DNA from: Octopus vulgaris
Taxonomy: Eukaryota
Reading direction: 5' to 3'
Assembly (NCBI GenBank): GCA_951406725.2
Contig: OX597831.1
Span: 44,454,001 to 44,518,000, forward strand
Length of the DNA: 64,000 nt
Shown one piece after another: positions 42,374 through 54,890 of this stretch; within the stretch, counting starts at the first letter, position 1, and every line of letters begins with the position of its first letter. The position numbers and the translations under genes are program-made. Under the pieces are notes generated by a model. It did no database searches. It had not been told where the DNA came from and saw only the letters and a list, made by a program, of their open reading frames with translations.

Positions 42374-43102
42374 TCATCATCATCATCATCATTTAGCGTC
42401 CGTTTTCCATGCTAGCATGGGTTGGACGGTTTAACTGGGGTCTGTGAAGCCGGAAGGCTTCATCAGGCCCAGTCAGATTTGGCAGTGTTTCTACGGCTGG
42501 ATGCCCTTCCTAACGCCAACCACTCCGCGAGTGTAGTGGGTGTTTTTTACATGCCACCTGCACAGGTGCCAGACAGAGCTGGCACAACGGCCACGAACGG
42601 ATGGTGCTTCTACGTGTCACCGGCACCGGGCCAGGCGATGCTGGCAACGGACACAAACGGATGGTGCTTTTACTTGCCACCGACACGGGGCCAGACAGAG
42701 CTGGCAAACGGCCACGAACGGACGGTGCTTTTACGTGTCACTGGCACGGGGGCCAGCCGAGGCTGGCAACGGACAGGAACGGGTGGTGCTTTTACGTGCC
42801 ACCGACACGGGGCCAGACAGAGCTGGCAAACGGCCATGAACGGACGGTGCTTTTACGTGTCACCGGCACGGGGGCCAGCCGAGGCTGGCAACGAACACGA
42901 GCAGATGGTGCTTTTACGTGCCACCGACATGGGGGCCAGACAGAGCTGGCAAACGGCCATGAACGGACGGTGCTTTTACGTGTCACCGGCACGGGGGTCA
43001 GCCGAGGCTGGCAACGGACAGGAACGGGTGGTGCTTTTACGTGCCACCGACACGGGGCCAGACAGAGCTGGCAAACGGCCATGAACGGACGGTGCTTTTA
43101 CG
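42371..43102 (-). mobile_element. Young RTE-LINE 3' UTR copy with an expanded 60-62-bp tandem array
   Basis: About 9-10 units marked by ggtgcttttacgtg; CpG-rich; alternating A/B units. Confidence 0.85.
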
Positions 43103-44361
43103 TATGTATATCTTTGTATATCCTCTGGTAAACACGATACTGGCAGGCATCATGAAAGGGTTTGGGCTCCTCTTAAAAGACCTGGAGTACCAGCTGGCCA
43201 CTGCCTTCCACCCCAAGTTCCACCTTTTCTGGCAGGAGCAGTATAATAACAGCCAGGTTAGCAGAGTAAGGAACATCATGGAGACCATTGTAAAGACAGC
43301 CCTTATGGAGACCAGTGAGAAGAGCAGCAGCACAACCAGCAATGAAGGTGAGGAAGATAATTTCTTCAGCAACATCATTTGGTTCCAGGAGAGCAGGATC
43401 CACAGGTCTAAGGCACAGAATTGGCTGGAGGCTGTCTTGAAGGAAATCCTGATTGAAGTCTCTTTTTTGGGTGAGCAGGTCTTGATTGACCTGGTCATGA
43501 AGTATAACACCACCATTCCATCCAGTACTTCAGTTGAATGCCTATTCTCTTTAGGCAAAGATATTTCGAGGGCCAAGAGAGCCACCCTATCAGATGGTAA
43601 CTTTGAGAGGCTGATGTTTATGAAGGGCAACCAGCAGCACATTGAGGTGATGAAGAAGGCCCAACCAGAGTAGCACACCATGATCATCATCTGAGCATGG
43701 CATGCTATACTATACCTTTTTTTATTCATTTAATACTTTTTGTACAGTAAATAAAATGTATGTTGACTGAAAAACTAATGTTTAATTTCATTTGTTTATT
43801 TAATTGTTTGCGTACACCTTGATCCTCATCTGACCTTATTCCTTTACTGCCTACAAGGGGCTACACACAGAGAGGACAAACAAGGACAGACAAATGGATT
43901 AAGTCAATTATATCGACCCCAGTGCATAATTGGTACTTATTTAATCGACCCCAAAAGGATGAAAGGCAAAGTTGATTTCGGCGGAATTTTAACTCAGAAC
44001 GTAACGGCAGACAAAATACGGCTGAGCATTTTGCCCGGCATGCTAATGTCTATGCCAGCTCGCCACCTTTAGAGTAGTACACTATGATCATCATCTGATC
44101 TTGGCATGCTATACCTTTTTGAAAAGCTCTATGTTTTAGCTACAACAGGAAAATTTCAGCTCCCTAGCTCAGTTTCTAAGGGTTTTAAAGCCAAAAAAAA
44201 AAAAAACCGAAGCTAAATTCATATGATAAATTTAGCAGTTATCCATTAGCATTAGCTTCTGCTAATTATTTTACCTGTTTAGTGGTTTAGCATGTGCAAA
44301 GTTAATTTTTTAGTTAACAGATTAGCGAAGCTAACTTTTTGGTTAGCTGTGCCCACCACTG
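43103..44361 (+). mobile_element. hAT transposon 3' remnant: transposase C-terminal dimerisation domain plus right terminus
   Basis: ATAFHPKF...KYNTTIPSSTSVECLFSLGKDISRAKRATLSDGNFERLMFMK (hATC, SxxxERxFS-like); terminus ...tgcccaccactg at 44361; SINE inserted at 43835-44069. Confidence 0.85.
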
Positions 44362-44898
44362 TATATATATATTGCAAAACACACACACACACACACACGG
44401 ACATACATATGCAAGGAGACAGAGGTGCATACATATACAAACACATGCTCACACGCAGACATACATAAAAAATACACAAACACGGACATGCAAGCACATG
44501 AATATGCAGAATACATACATAGAGATGCACACACATACATATATACATATGCATACACTCACATATATACATACACACACATACATACATGCATAGACAT
44601 GCACACACACACACATACACACACATACACACACACACTGAACCACACACATGCACACAAACATACAACAAGGAATGCAATGTAAATAATGGACAGAGTC
44701 AAGACTATTGAAAAGGTTGCAAAATGCAACGAAAATTTTAGGGAAATAAAAATAAGATATAAGTGGAAATTTTACCGGTGAGTGTGTTAAATTATAAGGC
44801 ACAAAAAGAAAATGACTCTCCCCAGACGCAACAGAATATGCTTCAACACACAAACTCACATAAAGAATCATGCAAACCAAATCCAAAAATGAAATATA

Positions 44899-44942
<44 letters not shown>

Positions 44943-44961
44943 TGTGTGTTATATATATATA

Positions 44962-45234
44962 TATATATTAGAAGAAATGAGGTAATCAGAAGATTGGATG
45001 GTTCATATTTATAGATATTTATTTATATATTACATTTTTTACATATATATATCATATCATTCAGATCATATCATTCAGATTATTAGCGCTTTCTCCCATT
45101 TTAGTGGGGTTTTCAAACTGAATGATATGATCTGAATGATATGATATATATATGTAAAAAATGTAATATATAAATAAATATCTATAAATATGAACCATCC
45201 GATCTTCTGATTACCTCATTTCTTCTAATATATA
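44962..45234. repeat. 117-bp near-perfect inverted repeat with a 39-nt loop (Penelope-like fold-back element)
   Basis: 44962-45078 is the reverse complement of 45118-45234, one mismatch seen; the ORF track shows RRNEVIRRxDGSYL on both strands. Confidence 0.92.
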
Positions 45235-45668
45235 ATACCTGTACATCATCTCCAAACCTTCCAATATATATATATACACACACATATGTATGTATGTATT
45301 TATAAAATATATTTATATTAGCAATAATTATTGCAATATAGAACATAGAGATTTGTTTGTTCATCCTTAAAATTTATTTCCTCTTATTTTACAATTTTAT
45401 ATAGCATATTACACTATAAGCACTACACTTGAAATCAAAGCTACAGTCTACTCAACCACAACAGTACACAAAGAGCCCTGTGTAAACACTAACATCAACG
45501 TTGACCTAACTGGACCGAACCCTGACCTCAGACAGCAACTGGTGTGGATTTGAAGTCAATGACATAAGCCTGCAAACATATCCGGTTTCAGTTTCACCCC
45601 CCCCCCTCCCGAACTATCACAAAACAATTAATTCCACTCAGTTTGCTTCGAAACTAGTCAAATTGGCA

Positions 45669-45752
45669 GATCCTGAAGAAGCTGCATTGAAAATCATGCC
45701 AGGTTGCATCCGCAACTGCCTGTAATCTATGCAGTGGAAACACATGTAGGTC
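45669..45752 (+). ncRNA. Candidate type-I hammerhead ribozyme
   Basis: gatc-CTGAAGA-a-gctgcat...atgcagt-g-GAAA-c-acat-GTA-ggtc: complete core, 4-bp stem I, 7-bp stem II, minimal stem III, GUA site; the 10.1-11.1 pair is A/G (non-canonical). Confidence 0.6.
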
Positions 45753-46097
45753 ATAAAGACCATAATAATATATTGTATAAAATTGTTAAAATAAGAGGAA
45801 ATAAATTTTGAGTGTGAACAAGTCTTCATATTCTCTGTCATTATAATTATTGCTTATATATACCCCAGACAATATTACGGCCCAGTGAAGCAAACACTGA
45901 ATTACCCATTGGAGGAATTTACAGAGTGACTGACAAGTTATAGTAGTCATAGATATTAAATAGTGATCGATGTGGTTAGCTCTAGCCTGGAGCATAACTG
46001 AGAGCCATGACGGTATCCGCCCAGATGATATATCCCTCCAAATTCGGATAGATAGAGATGTAGGTAGGTAGGTAGGTAGGTAGGTAGCCAGGCAGGC

Positions 46098-46129
<32 letters not shown>

Positions 46130-46388
46130 TTCTTTACTACCCACAAGGGGCTAAACACAGAGGGGACAAACAAAGACAGACAAACGGATTAAGTCGATTA
46201 CTGGTACTTAACTGGTACTTAATTTATCGACCCTGAAAGGATGACAGGCAAAGTCGACCTCGGCGGAATTTGAACCCAGAACGTAATGGCAGACGAAATA
46301 CGGCTACGCATTTCGCCCGGCATGCTAACGTTTCTGCCAGCTCACCACCTTTAGGTAAGTAGGTAGGTAGGCAGGCAGGTAGGCAGGC

Positions 46389-46475
<87 letters not shown>

Positions 46476-46979
46476 GAGGCAGACAGACAGATAGATAGAT
46501 AGAGAGGCAGACAGACAGATAGATAGGTAGACAGGTGCTGGCATGGTTGTGTGGTAAGAAGATTGCTTCCCAACCATGGTTCCACTTTGTAACCATGTAG
46601 TTTTGGGTTCAATCCCACTGCATGGCATCTTGGACAAGTGTCTTCTGCTATGGCTTTGGGCTGACCAAAGCCTTGTAAGTGGACTTGGTAGGCAGAAACT
46701 GAAAGAAGCCCGTTGTATATGTATGAGTGTATCTGCTTGTGTTTGTTTGTCCCACACCTCTGCTTGACAACTGGCATCAGTTTATTCACACCCCTGTAAC
46801 TTAGCAGTTTGGCAAAAAGAGATCAATGGAGTAAGTATCAGGCATGAAAAGAAAAGTGCTGGGGGTCAATTCATTCAAATAAGAAATTCTTCAAGGCATT
46901 GCCACAGCATGGTCGCAGTCTAATGACTGACACAAATAAAGAGTAAAAGATTATTATTATTATTATTATTATTATTATT

Positions 46980-47313
46980 GAGTGAGATAGCAGTGCATGC
47001 CATCAAAGTGACACTGGGGTAAAATATACGAAGCCCAATATACCCATCATGACTACCCGTCTGATAAGGGCACACCAGGCACACGCATCACAACCATATG
47101 TGCGTGACATGGTGATCTCATATCAAGATAAACAGCACATGACCTTGCAGGTGGGGCCCAGTTAGAATTTTCTTCAGGTTGAATAGCCCATCCCGCTCAA
47201 AAGGTCCCTGAATAAGGGTTGTTTAAGGATGTTGAAAGAACCACCCATGTTTCCAGAGGTGAATTATTCAAACCCCAAAGAATCCCTCTCAACACATGGC
47301 TATGATGCTCCCC

Positions 47314-47314
<1 letters not shown>
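46980..47314. mobile_element. Interspersed-repeat-like insert flanked on both sides by (ATT)n
   Basis: About 335 bp of complex sequence between (att)n runs at 46950-46979 and 47315-47370; family not identified. Confidence 0.4.
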
Positions 47315-47369
<55 letters not shown>

Positions 47370-47499
47370 GTTATGTATTCGTTAGTCAACTCATTCTTGT
47401 TATTGCTTAGTTTTTTTGTGTCTTTTTCTTTCTTTCTTTTTCTTTTTTAAAAATAAATTTTTGAAAATTTCATTTCAAACCAGAAAAATGACATTTCAT

Positions 47500-49256
47500 T
47501 ATGTCTGTGTATGGTTTTTTCTCTGTAAGTATGCATGTGTAATGTATGTGTTTGTATGTGTGCATGTGTGTGCATGTCTGTATGCGTAATGTGCATATGT
47601 TGTTTTGTGTCTATGCATGTCTGCGCATATGTATCTATGTATGTATGTATGAGTACATGTGCTTGTGTGTGTGTGTGCATGTGCATATGTATGTGTTTGT
47701 GTGTGTGTGCCTGTGTATGTATGTGCTTGTGTGTGCATGTATATGTATGTACCTGTGTGTGAAGGTGTATGTACATGCTTGTATGTGTGTGTGTGCATGT
47801 ATGTGCTTTTGTGTGTGCATGTATATGTATGTACTTGTGTGTACAGATGTATGTACGTGCTTGTGTGTGTGTGTGTGTGTATGTGCATGTGTACATGCTT
47901 GTGTGTGTGCATGTGTATGTATGTGCTTGTGTGTGTGTGCATATGTATGCACATGCTCGTGTGTGTGCATGTGTATATACATGCTTGTGTGTATGTGCAT
48001 GTGTATATACATGCTTGTGTGTATGTGCATGTGTACATATGTGCTTGTATGTGTGTGCATATGTATGCACATGCTCGTGTGTGTGCATGTGTATATGCAT
48101 GCTTGTGTGTATGTGCATATGTATACACATGTTTGTGTGTGTATGTGCTTGTGTGTGCATGTGTATGTACATGCTTGTGAGTATGCATGCATATGCACAT
48201 GCTTGAGCATGTGCATATATAAGTATGTGCTTGAGTGTATGTGTGTGCATATGTATGTGCTTGTGTGTGTATGTGTATGTGTTTCCATGTGTGTGCGTCT
48301 CTGTATATATGTGTCTTTGCATAGGTGTGTACATGCTTGTCTGTGTGCATGTGTGTGAGCACATGTATATGTGCATATATGTGTCTGTATCTGTGTGTGT
48401 ATGTGTGCAAGTATATAACCATGTGTGCATTTATGCAAGCATATGTATGTCTATATGTATATATATGTGTGTGTGTGTATGTGTGTGTATATATATATAT
48501 ATACTTGTGAATATATATATATGTATATATATATATGTGTGTTTGTATATATATGTCTATGTATATGTATATATATCTATATATATGTGTGTGTATGTAT
48601 ATATATAAATATGTGCCTGTATATATATATGTATGTCTGTGTATATATGTGTGTGTGTGTATATATATATATGTATGTGGGTGTGTATATATGTACATGT
48701 ATGCAAGCATATGCATGCATATCTATGTGTATATGATGACAAATCATAGCTAATGAATTTTTGAGAGGTTTTTTGTTTTACATTTTATGTTTTTTTTTTG
48801 TCATCCGGCATTGTATTTTTATCAAAAATAATAAGAATGATAAGTTATTTAATCTCAGTGGAACAACTGAGATTTTTACTTGTAATCAGCAATGAAAATA
48901 CAAATTATTATAGTTAAGAATACTAGTAATAACTTAATATTAATGTTTGACAAACTAATGCAATGCTAATGTATGTAGTGAGGGGGGTGCGTGTGTGTAT
49001 GTGCATGTCTGTGATGTGTGTGTGTGTATGTGTATGCGTGAACTTGTGTGGATATGTGTCTATGTTGCATGTGTGTCTATATGTGTGTACATGTGTGTGT
49101 ATGTGTGTGTGAGTGCATATATGTGTGTATGTGTTTCTATATGTGAGCAGGAGTGTATGTGTCCGTGTACACATGTGTATACATTTGTGTATGTGTGTGT
49201 GAGTGTGTGTGTATCAGTGTATGTGGGTATTAGTGTATGCATGTGTGTGTGCGTGA
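47500..49256. repeat. Large degenerate (TG/TA/TGCA) purine-pyrimidine simple-repeat field
   Basis: Directly visible; recurring gtgcatgtgtat..acatgctt units; source of the long H/T/Y and C/V/M ORFs. Confidence 0.92.
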
Positions 49257-49391
49257 AATAAGTTGTCCATCGGTTTTATGTGGAAAATGGAAGATATCAA
49301 TTGAATCTGGTTGTTGTTTTCACTTTCTTAGTTATTTATTCGAAATTAAACATTTATTTTTAAATATGAAGTTTACATTAATTTGAAATTA

Positions 49392-49829
49392 ATGGTGGTG
49401 GTGGTTTTGTTGTTGTTGGTGGTGGTGGTGGTAGTGATGGTGGTGGTAGTAGTAGTAGTAGTAGTGGTGGTGGTGGTGGTAGTGGTGGTTGTGGCAGCGG
49501 TGGTGGTGGTGGTGGCAGTGGTGGTGGTGGTAGTGGTGATGGAGGTTTTGGTCGTGATGGTGGTGGTGGTGGTGATAGTGATGGTGGTGGTGATAGTGAT
49601 GGTGGTGGTGGTAGTAGTGGTGGTGGTGGTGGTGGTGGTGGTGGTGGTGGTGGTGGTGGTGGTAGTGGGGGTAGTGTAGTAGTAGTATTAGTAGTGGTGG
49701 TGGTGGTAGTGGTAGTAGTGGTTGTAGTGGTGGTGGTATGGTGGTAGTGGTGATGGAGGTTTTGGTGGTGGTTGTGGTGGTGGTGGTAGTAGTGATGGTT
49801 GTGGTGGTAGTGATGGTGGTGTTAGCGTT

Positions 49830-49870
<41 letters not shown>

Positions 49871-50168
49871 GGTGTTGTTGTTGGTGGTGGTGGTTGTAGT
49901 GGTGGTGGTGGCGGTGGCGGTGTTGGTGGTGGTAGTGGTGGTGGTGGTAGTGGTGATGGAGGTTTTGGTGGTGGTGCTGGTAGTAGTGATGGTAGTGGTG
50001 GTAGTAGTAGTAGTAGTAGTGGTGGTGGTGGTGGTGGTGGTGGTGGTAGTGTAGTAGTAGTAGTGGTGGTGGTGGTGGTGTTGGTAGTGAAGTAGTAGTA
50101 GTGGTGGTGGTGGTGGTGGTGGTGGTGGTGGTGGTGGTGGTGGTGGTGGTGGTGGTGGTGGTTGGTTG
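49392..50168. repeat. (GGT)n/(AGT)n trinucleotide field
   Basis: Directly visible. Confidence 0.95.
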
Positions 50169-51039
50169 GGAGATTCAAATTGAAAAAAAGAAAAAAAATT
50201 TCTTTTTCTTTTTAACTGAAAATAAAATATGAACATAAATTGAAAATTTAGTTTACAAGTAAATAAAAAAAAAAGCTTCAAATATTTTCTTTATTGATTT
50301 TTTTTTTCCTTTGAATATTTCTTCTTTTGAATATTCTAGATTTACCTGTTTTAAGTTTCAAAAATGGAAACAGGGGAAAAAAATGGAAACATTAAAAAAA
50401 AAACTACTCATATGTAAATTCTTTTCCTAATTTAAAAAGAAAAAAAAGGATTTACACACTGCTCTTTATTTAAAGTTTATCTGATCAATATTTCTTCTTT
50501 TCCCTATAATAAACTGCATTATTAAAGAGATGCCTGTGGTTAAGGGATAAACCAGTCATTTGAGGTAGGATTAACATTGAGGAAAAACATCAAAAGAATT
50601 CCTGCCTTGCGCATTCCACCTTTTGTATATTTATAACTATTTATTCCCACTTGTGGATGGAGGCATGTGGTTTAGTGGTTAGGATGTTGGCTTCATGATC
50701 GTAAGATTGCAGTTTCAATTCCTGGACTGGACGAGGTATTGTGTCATTAAGGCAAAACACTCAGCTGGCAAAAATGAGTAATCCTATCCTTTACTCACGT
50801 GTTTATTTGACATATTATTTTATTCCTTTACATGTTTCAGTCATTTGACTGTGGCCATGCTGGAGCACTGCCTATTAGTCAAAGAAATCAACCCCAGGAC
50901 TTATTCTTTGTAAGCCCAGAACTTATTCTATTGGTCACTTTTGCCAAACTGCTAATTTATGGACACGTAAATACACCAACATCGGTTGTCAAGCAATGGT
51001 TGGAGGGACAAACGCAGACACAGAGACACACACACATAA

Positions 51040-51132
<93 letters not shown>

Positions 51133-51933
51133 AGGTGTCTTTTCAGTTTCCGTCTACCAGATCCACTCACAAGGTTTTGGTTGGCTTGAGGCGATAGTAG
51201 AGGACACTTGGCCACTGTGCCATGCAGTGGGACTGAACCTGGAACCATGTGGTTGGGAAGCAAGCTTCTTACCACAGCAATACAGTGTGCCAGTACTTCT
51301 ATGTGGATTGTACTTCAGCTCTGTGATCAAAGTTGAAGCATATTGTGGATCTAAAGTGGAAACCTAACCTTTGAAGTGCCATTCAGGAATATGTGGTCAT
51401 AGGAGAGCATTTGAAGTGACTTTGAGAGTTTAACTGTGTGTCATTTACTGACCAGCCTGATGAGGTTTTGTTTTACATTTAAAATGTAAAAGTATACTGC
51501 AGCAAAATACATTTTCAGACAAGTACATAGTTGCAGGATTTCATTTTATCATTTATCCAAAATACCAAAATGATTCAATCTAGGAGTGTTTCCAGTTTTT
51601 AATTTCTTTTTATTTATTTTTTCAATTTCAAAATGATTGTATGAGGGGGGTGCTAAAAGGTTCCTAGCTTTGGGTAAAAGGAAATACAAGAGGATCAGTT
51701 AATTACTCTTTTACTCTTTTACTTGTTTCAGTCATTTGACTGTCACCATGCTGGAGCACCACCTTTAATCAAGCAAATCGACCCCAGGACTTATTCTTTG
51801 TAAGCCTAGTTCTTATTCTATCGGTCTCTTTTGCCGAACCGCTAAGTTACAGGGATGTAAACACACCTGCATCGGTTGTCAAGTGATGTTGGGGAGATAA
51901 ACACAGACACACAAACATATACACACACATACA

Positions 51934-51975
<42 letters not shown>

Positions 51976-52092
51976 ACAGGCTTCTTTCAGTTTCTGTCAA
52001 CTAAATTCACTCACAAGGCTTTGGTTGGCCTGAGCTATAGTAGAAGACACTTGGTGGTGGTGGTGATATATACATATATATACATATATATA

Positions 52093-52974
52093 CAAGTTGT
52101 TCTGGCTAAATTTGACATTGTGCAGAAAAAGAAAACAAAACATTACATCCCATCCAAAATTAGAAAAATCAGAATTTTAAAAGATCAAAAATTATCAACT
52201 AATTTACGGCTAGGAGATAACAGTTTTCCCAATGTAGCCACCATCAGCTTCCACCATTGCCTGAAGATGGCTCCAGGGCCTCGTGTATGTATTTCTCATA
52301 GTGTGCCTGGGAATCTCTTAGGTCACCTCCTTGATCTAGGCTGCCAGCTCAGCCTTTGTGTTGCAAGCAGAGCAGCTGGTGTCCTTCTCAACCATGCCCC
52401 ACACTTAGTAATCCATGAGAGTACAATCTGGGGGATTAAATGACCAGAAATTGGAGCTGGTGAAGTCATAGAAAATTTGCAACAATCACTTTTGACTTTT
52501 TATGGAGCTATGGCGAGGAACCGAATCCTGCTGCTACACATATGGCATTCCAGCAGCAGCAACCCTCTCCATCTAGAGTTTGACAGAGTCATCTGAATTG
52601 AGCCTAAGCCCTGCTCAGAGATGTGTAGAAGCATGGTGTCACCCTGACCGGAGACACACCCAAAGACATCACAGTTTGGGGGGACTTGATTTTCATGATA
52701 TCTATGTCATGTCTTATAGCCTTTATTCTGTTCACAGTGCCTTGTGCAGCAGTCATAATGTTGGCATTTTGATACCTGTGGCATGAATCACCATGATACA
52801 GGTAACTCTTTTCCAATATTCAGATGGCTTCCGATCCTCTGTGTCAGCTAACTTTTTCTCAACTACAGCTCTAATCTTTCTGCTCTCCAATGTAGTTGAT
52901 GGTTCACAATACATCAAGTTGTTCTTGAAAAAAGGTGACATAAAAAATTCCTTAAATTTAGCCCAAACACCCTG
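52093..52974 (-). mobile_element. Internally deleted Tc1/mariner-superfamily transposon relic
   Basis: TA-flanked TIRs caagttgttctggctaaattt / aaatttagcccaaacaccctg; minus-strand remnants QQDSVPRH and FWSFNPPDCTLMDY*VWG, resembling QQDxAPxH and WPPNSPDLNPxDY. Confidence 0.8.
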
Positions 52975-53062
52975 TACATACATACATACATACATACATA
53001 CATACATACATACATACATACATACATACATACATACGTACATACATACATATCATTTAAGT

Positions 53063-53115
<53 letters not shown>

Positions 53116-53201
53116 TTCATCATTTAAGTAAATATGACAATATCTAGATATGCAAGTATATGCGTAAGAAAACATACATAAAACAAAACATACATACATA
53201 C

Positions 53202-53244
<43 letters not shown>

Positions 53245-53668
53245 AATATGTATGTATCTAAATGAAGGTATGTATGAATGTTACATATGTATAAATGTAT
53301 GCAAGTATCTAACATGTTTATAACTCTGTGTGTGTGTGTGTGCTGGCAGGCAGGCGTGCATGTGTGTGTGTGTGTATGCATGTAACCTGGATTTCATCCA
53401 AAGATTTTGAAAATATTAAAATGGATTGACGATTAGCTGCCTAGTTTGCAAAGAATTTCAAAATTAACCTAAATATTTGAATAATTATATATACATGGAG
53501 GACAAGTGAGTGAAGAGGATGTCTAACTCTACCTTTCTCTACTGTCGAGACCACCCTGGCTAAGTGTTGGCATGAAGGTATGTGTGTGTGTGCATGTATG
53601 TGTGTGTGTATGTACATATATACGTGCGTGTGAATGTGAATATGTATATATGTATATATGTATGAATG

Positions 53669-53885
53669 TATGGGGGTAGTGCTAAAAGTTCTTGGCTGTA
53701 AGGATATCACGAAAGGCCTGGTTGGAGGCCCAACCTTCTGAGTTCTTTTAAAGGGCTCAGAAAATTGAAGGACCACTGCAATAAGTGTGAGAATATGAGA
53801 GGGGAATATGTCGGATAAAATCATAATTAATTCACCTGTATTTTCTTTTACCCAAAGCCAGTAACATTTCAGCACCCCCTTGCAT
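53669..53885. mobile_element. mariner-type MITE
   Basis: Imperfect TIRs tatgggggtagtgctaaaagttcttggct / agccagtaacatttcagcaccccct; a solo end of the same family at about 51639-51705. Confidence 0.6.
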
Positions 53886-53898
53886 ATATGTAGATATT

Positions 53899-53910
53899 TA
53901 TGTATATATA

Positions 53911-53946
<36 letters not shown>

Positions 53947-54178
53947 TGTATGTATGTATGTATGTATATATATATTATGTTTGTATGTATGTATGTATGT
54001 ATGTATGTATGTATGTATGTATGTATGCTTGCATGTATGTATGTATGTATGTATGTATGTATGTATGTATGTATGCTTGCATGTATGTATGTATGTATGT
54101 ATGTATGTATGTATGTATGTATGCTTGCATGTATGTATGTATGTATGTATGTATGTATGTATGTATGTATGTATGTAT
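53899..54178. repeat. (ATGT)n microsatellite with periodic gcttgc interruptions
   Basis: Directly visible; interruptions about 48 bp apart. Confidence 0.9.
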
Positions 54179-54534
54179 TAGAGAGTAAAAGTAGGAAAAA
54201 TTACATCATAAAGATCACAGTAGAGATATATCCATAATATAAACGATATTGTATTAATAAATAAATATATAAAGTATAATTATGATTATTTAAAAAGATT
54301 TGAGAGATCCAATGATTGTTTCAGAAATATACTACCTTTCGAAATGAAATCCAAAGGTGATAACCATTATTTCGAAATATATCCATTCATCAGAGAAAAG
54401 GATGAATTTCAGTGTAGTAAATCGAATGATAGAGATGCTATTTAAAATCATAAGATCTCTCAAATCTTTTAAAATAATCATAGTATTCCATTTTCTAATT
54501 TTGTAGTATGTTTCTCCATTTTCTAATTTTGTAG

Positions 54535-54581
<47 letters not shown>

Positions 54582-54890
54582 AATAATCAATGGCGGTGCT
54601 CCAGCATGGCCACAGTCATTGGACTGAAACATATAAAAGAATAAGAGAATAAAAGAATACTTTATATATTTATTTATTGATTCAATATTGTTTATATAAT
54701 GAATGTATCTCTGCTGTGATTTTTATGATATAATTCTACCTGCTGTTACTCTCTAGTATATAATTGCTCTAAATGAATCTCTAAACACTTTTAAGCTTTT
54801 AAACATTTCTCATATCAACAGAACTTATCTGAAATCCAGTAGAATGTATTCTCAAAGGATATATTTGATTAACTATATATATATATATAT

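Noticed and set aside
42539-43102. CRISPR-like array of palindromic repeats with spacers (also 24140-24530)
   Set aside because: The spacers are homologous to each other, the array lies inside a LINE 3' UTR in a eukaryotic genome, and there are no cas genes
42422-43131. GC-rich repetitive ORFs of 99-220 aa
   Set aside because: Products of the 60-bp tandem array in several frames; no protein family recognised
45420-45760. Candidate small exons (AYVIDFKSTPVAV*, SCGCNLA*, FASKLVKLADPEEAALK)
   Set aside because: They lie inside the fold-back element and overlap the hammerhead motif; no partner exons found
47447-48753. Long ORFs of up to 405 aa rich in H/T/Y or C/V/M
   Set aside because: Translations of (CA/TG/TA) simple repeats, open in many frames on both strands
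49383-50281. Poly-V/P/T/H ORFs resembling mucin or extensin
   Set aside because: Trinucleotide repeat field with no splice or domain support
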